Notes under the pieces: generated by a model
Database searches by the model: none
What the model saw: the letters and a program-made list of their open reading frames with translations, nothing else
Told to the model about the DNA's origin: nothing
In this document: positions 28,674 through 32,000 of the stretch, piece after piece
Layout: each line of letters opens with the position of its first letter
How positions within the stretch are numbered: position 1 is the first letter of the stretch
Assembly: GCF_000025945.1 (NCBI RefSeq)
Contig: NC_006138.1
Span: forward strand, 1,140,001-1,172,000
Direction: 5' to 3'
Length of the DNA stretch: 32,000 nucleotides
From: Desulfotalea psychrophila LSv54
GTDB lineage: Bacteria > Desulfobacterota > Desulfobulbia > Desulfobulbales > Desulfocapsaceae
Position numbers and translations under genes: made by a program

Positions 28674-29426
28674 TTATTTAGAAGCAAAGTACTTTTGTTT
28701 AAGCTGCTCATAGTATGGATCAGCCATGAGATCTTTCAAGCCTTGGTTGATGATTTTTAAGAGTTCTTTGTCATCGTAGCGGACGGCAACACCAAAGTCT
28801 TCGTGCTCACCGATGTTTCCTGCAATCTTAACAGGTACACCCTTGGAAATTGCATCGTGGGCAGGAGTCATGTTCATCTCACCTGCAAGAAGTCGACCGT
28901 TGAGTACTTCAGATATGATCTGTGGGGAGGAGTCGTATTGGCGTAATTGAAGTCCCCAACCTTGAGCCTTATTTTCTTTGTCGAGCCATTTGCCGTCGCT
29001 GGTTCCTGTTTGATACCCTACACGGCCCTTAGATGCAAGGATAGAATCGGTGGTGAGCTGACTATCTTTCTTGACTACAAAGACATTTTTTACAGACCAG
29101 TAAATGTCGGAGAAGTTAACCTGTGCTTTGCGTTCCGGGGTGATGGTCATGCCGGACATAACGGTGTCAATTTTTTTAGAAGCAACGGCCTGGACAATGG
29201 TGGACCACTCCATGGGCTTATGTATAACCTCAAAATCCATGTGTTTGGCAATCCAGTTCATGCTGTCAACGTCAAAGCCTGCAGGTACACCGTTTTTGTC
29301 TACATAGGCAAAGGGGGGATAGTTCGCATCAATGCCGTTGACGACGGTACGGGCAAGGGCGCTGGTGCTGAGGCTGAAGCTGAGGGCTAAGGTAACAATG
29401 AGACCTGTGATCAATTTTTTAGACAT
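28674..29426 (-). CDS. Periplasmic amino-acid-binding protein of the ABC transporter
   Basis: Signal peptide; GIDANYPPFAYVDKNGVPAGFDVDSMNWIAKHMDF...SGMTITPERKAQVNFSDIYW (SBP family 3). Confidence 0.93.
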   Translation of the reverse strand: MSKKLITGLIVTLALSFSLSTSALARTVVNGIDANYPPFAYVDKNGVPAGFDVDSMNWIAKHMDFEVIHKPMEWSTIVQAVASKKIDTVMSGMTITPERKAQVNFSDIYWSVKNVFVVKKDSQLTTDSILASKGRVGYQTGTSDGKWLDKENKAQGWGLQLRQYDSSPQIISEVLNGRLLAGEMNMTPAHDAISKGVPVKIAGNIGEHEDFGVAVRYDDKELLKIINQGLKDLMADPYYEQLKQKYFASK

Positions 29427-29700
29427 GCTAACTCCTGGCAAAAAGTTGTTAGGTTTTTCTCGGTGAGGGGCCGGAACTTAGTCGTTTGGTAAACGATTAA
29501 GCAATAATCTTGTTCAAAAGAGAAAATAATTAGCAAAAGTTTACAAATTTATCAAGCAAAGAGAGGAGACCTGTACAGAATTGTCTGCAAAAAAGAGAGA
29601 AAGTGCTGTTAAAAATTTTGTTGCTGGATTATTAAATAAAGTATTGTTCTGATTATTTGTAGATATACAATTTTTTTGTTTTTTTCTTGGGTGTGACGCT

Positions 29701-30324
29701 ATGAATCTTTCTCTTCTTTCCCTCTTTGTTCCTACCTTTATCATTGTCTCGGCAACCCCTGGGATGTGTATGACTCTCTCCATGACTCTGGGGATGACCA
29801 TTGGCGTTCGCCGCACCCTGTGGATGATGGCGGGGGAGTTGGTGGGGGTTGGACTGGTGGCCATTGCGGCTGTTGTGGGCGTTGCCTCGATAATGCTTCG
29901 CTATCCTTCTGTCTTTATGGTTTTGAAGTATATTGGCGCCACCTACCTCTGCTGGCTCGGTATTCAGCTCTGGCGGAGTTGTGGGCGGATGGCCGTTCAT
30001 GAGTTTGGCGATGGGGGACAGGCTAGTTCCGGACGAAAAGAGCTGGTGGTTCAGGGCTTTGTCACAGCCGTTGCCAATCCTAAGGGTTGGGCCTTTTTTG
30101 TCTCTCTCTTGCCGCCCTTTATCGATGCCAGCCAGCCTCTTACGCTTCAGCTGAGTATGCTTGTCTCTTTTATTCTGATCATTGAGTTCTGCTTTCTCCT
30201 CTTCTATGCTCAGGGCGGTAAGACCCTGCGCAAGTTTTTGCAGAAGAGGGGCAATGTGCAACGGATTAACCGTCTTGCCGGAGTGATGATGGTGGCTGTT
30301 GGCTTCTGGCTGGCCCTGGGCTAG
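29701..30324 (+). CDS. LysE/RhtB family amino-acid exporter
   Basis: FVPTFIIVSATPGMCMTLSMTLGMTIGVRRTLWMMAGELVGVG...LKYIGATYLCWLGIQLWRS...GFVTAVANPKGWAFFVSLLPPFI. Confidence 0.9.
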   Translation: MNLSLLSLFVPTFIIVSATPGMCMTLSMTLGMTIGVRRTLWMMAGELVGVGLVAIAAVVGVASIMLRYPSVFMVLKYIGATYLCWLGIQLWRSCGRMAVHEFGDGGQASSGRKELVVQGFVTAVANPKGWAFFVSLLPPFIDASQPLTLQLSMLVSFILIIEFCFLLFYAQGGKTLRKFLQKRGNVQRINRLAGVMMVAVGFWLALG

Positions 30325-30337
30325 TACAGTATAACAG

Positions 30338-30520
30338 TTAACCACAGAGAGCACTGAGGACACAGAGGGAATTAATTAAAAAGCAACAGCGAAGCGTAGC
30401 GAAGTGGCGAAAAGCGAAAAACGGTTAATCAGATAGAGGAAAAAATTGTAGCCGCTCTTACTCGCTAACTAATTTTATCTCATACAAAAACTCCGTGTTC
30501 TCTGTGCTTCTGTGGTTTTT
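30338..30520. repeat. MITE-like/small dispersed repeat element with imperfect terminal inverted repeats
   Basis: Left arm ttaaccacagagagcactgaggacacagag. Right arm ctccgtgttctctgtgcttctgtggttt, whose reverse complement is aaaccacagaagcacagagaacacggag. About 125 nt non-coding core. Confidence 0.6.
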
Positions 30521-30541
30521 TAAAAAAAGTCCGACAGACTC

Positions 30542-31864
30542 CTAGGGCTTTTTCTTGAGTTGTTCTGCCTTCAGTGCCTGCCACCAGTCCAGGCGTTTCT
30601 GGATATCTTTTTCAAAGCCGAAGGATGAGGGCTTGTAGTACTCCTGTTCCTCCATTTCCTCTGGGAAGTATCGTTGGTAGCTGTAGCTGTTTTCGTAGTC
30701 GTGGGAGTAGCGGTAGTTCTTCTTGTATCCCAGTTCAGCCATAAGTCTGGTGGGGGCGTTGCAGATATCCAGAGGCACCTTGTGTTGTCCGGTTTTCAGG
30801 GCATCTTCCCGAGCCTGGAGGTAGGCAATTTCAACCCGGTTGCTCTTTGGGGCGGTGGCCAGATAGATAACCAGTTGGGTCATGACCGTATTGGCCTCCG
30901 GCATGCCCAAGAAGTGGACTGCATCTTTGCAGGCCACGGCTTGAACAAGTGCCTGTGGGTCGGCAAGGCCAACATCTTCCGTGGCGATTCGAACCAGCCT
31001 GCGGGTGATATACATGGGGTCTTCCCCCGACTCTAACATTCGGGCCAGCCAGTATATTGCCGCCTGTGGGTCACTGCCACGGATGGATTTCTGTAGGGCG
31101 GAGATGAGGTTGAAGTGCTCCTCTCCCCGTTTATCGTAAAAGAGTGATCGCTGCGAGATTGCCTGTATCGCCTTTTCTATGTCAATACTGTCTCCCGTCG
31201 CTCCGCTCCTGGCAACTGTTTCCAAGTGGTTGAGGGCCTTGCGTCCGTCTCCTCCGGATTTTTCGGCAAGCATTGTTAGGGCCTGATCGCTTATATGAAT
31301 CTCTCTGGGGATCTCTTTTAGGGCTCTGGTCATGATGGATTTTATATCTTCAATAGAGAGTGGCTGAAGGGTGAAGACATGGCAGCGGGAGAGAAGGGCG
31401 GAGATTACCTCAAAGGAGGGGTTTTCTGTGGTCGCCCCTAAAAGAACAATGGCACCTGATTCCACATAGGGAAGAAAGGCATCCTGTTGTGATTTGTTAA
31501 AGCGGTGAATTTCATCGACAAAGACCAGAGTCTTTTGCCCTTCTGCCTGTAGGCGAAAGCGGGCCTGTTCCATCAGGGCCTTTACCTCGGCAATTTTAGT
31601 AAGGACGGCACTGAGAGAGGCGAAGATATGTTTGGTGTGGGTTTCGATGAAGCGGGCGATGGTGGTCTTGCCGGTGCCGGGAGGGCCCCAGAGAATGAAG
31701 GATGAGTAGTCATCCTGCTCTATCATGGAACGTAGGATAGAACCTTTTTCCAGTAGCTTGTTCTGGCCATGGATCTCTTCAAGTTTCTGTGGACGGGCGC
31801 GTTCTGCGAGGGGGGCCTTGGTTGATGCGGGTATAGAATCAACCAGGCTGAACTGTTTTGACAT
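30542..31864 (-). CDS. rarA: Replication-associated recombination protein A (RarA/MgsA AAA+ ATPase)
   Basis: LEEIHGQNKLLEKGSILRSMIE, WGPPGTGKTTIARFI, VFVDEIHRFNKSQQDAFLPYVE, GATTENPSFEVISALLSRC, EDVGLADPQAL, PKSNRVEIAYLQA. Confidence 0.96.
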   Translation of the reverse strand: MSKQFSLVDSIPASTKAPLAERARPQKLEEIHGQNKLLEKGSILRSMIEQDDYSSFILWGPPGTGKTTIARFIETHTKHIFASLSAVLTKIAEVKALMEQARFRLQAEGQKTLVFVDEIHRFNKSQQDAFLPYVESGAIVLLGATTENPSFEVISALLSRCHVFTLQPLSIEDIKSIMTRALKEIPREIHISDQALTMLAEKSGGDGRKALNHLETVARSGATGDSIDIEKAIQAISQRSLFYDKRGEEHFNLISALQKSIRGSDPQAAIYWLARMLESGEDPMYITRRLVRIATEDVGLADPQALVQAVACKDAVHFLGMPEANTVMTQLVIYLATAPKSNRVEIAYLQAREDALKTGQHKVPLDICNAPTRLMAELGYKKNYRYSHDYENSYSYQRYFPEEMEEQEYYKPSSFGFEKDIQKRLDWWQALKAEQLKKKP

Positions 31865-31941
31865 GGCGCAAACCTCCTGTAGTGTACAGCAGAAACAGCA
31901 ATGCCCAGTATGAAAACATACTGGGCATTGCGGATAATTTC

Positions 31942-32000
31942 TGGTGCACCCGAAGGGATTCGAACCCCTGACACCCAGGTTCGAAGCCTGGTGCTCTATC
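31942..32000 (-). tRNA. tRNA-Arg(TCG), partial, 5' end beyond the window
   Basis: Minus strand reads GATAGAGC-ACCAGGCTTCGAACCTGG-GTGTC-AGGGGTTCGAATCCCT-TCGGGTGCACCA. Anticodon stem/loop CCAGG-CTTCGAA-CCTGG, T-arm and 3' CCA are present. Confidence 0.92.

Overview
The window carries a bacterial chromosomal segment. Its gene content resembles an anaerobic, probably sulfate-reducing Desulfobacterota genome; that taxonomic call is inference. The main feature is a plus-strand operon (about 1170-9292) encoding a heterodisulfide-reductase/hydrogenase (Hdr-Mvh type) complex. Four of its genes are split in the ORF track, each time by a single in-frame UGA that sits exactly where the protein family normally has a conserved Cys. 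Each UGA is followed, at SECIS-like spacing, by a small hairpin. I read these as four adjacent selenoproteins: an HTH-HdrC/HdrB fusion, a tandem HdrA, MvhD, and the [NiFe]-hydrogenase large subunit with a DPUxxCxxH C-terminal motif. A hydrogenase maturation protease precedes them, and hypD plus a HypA-like protein apparently lacking its zinc-finger domain follow. The rest includes a MauE/DoxX-like plus rhodanese cassette, a gamma carbonic anhydrase, a lactate utilisation operon on the minus strand (lctP, glcD-like, glcF-like, lutC-like, lutB-like), a sigma54 response regulator with a periplasmic-sensor hybrid kinase, an LprI-like small protein, fabI, a polar amino-acid ABC transporter, a LysE/RhtB exporter, a MITE-like repeat, rarA, and a partial tRNA-Arg(TCG).
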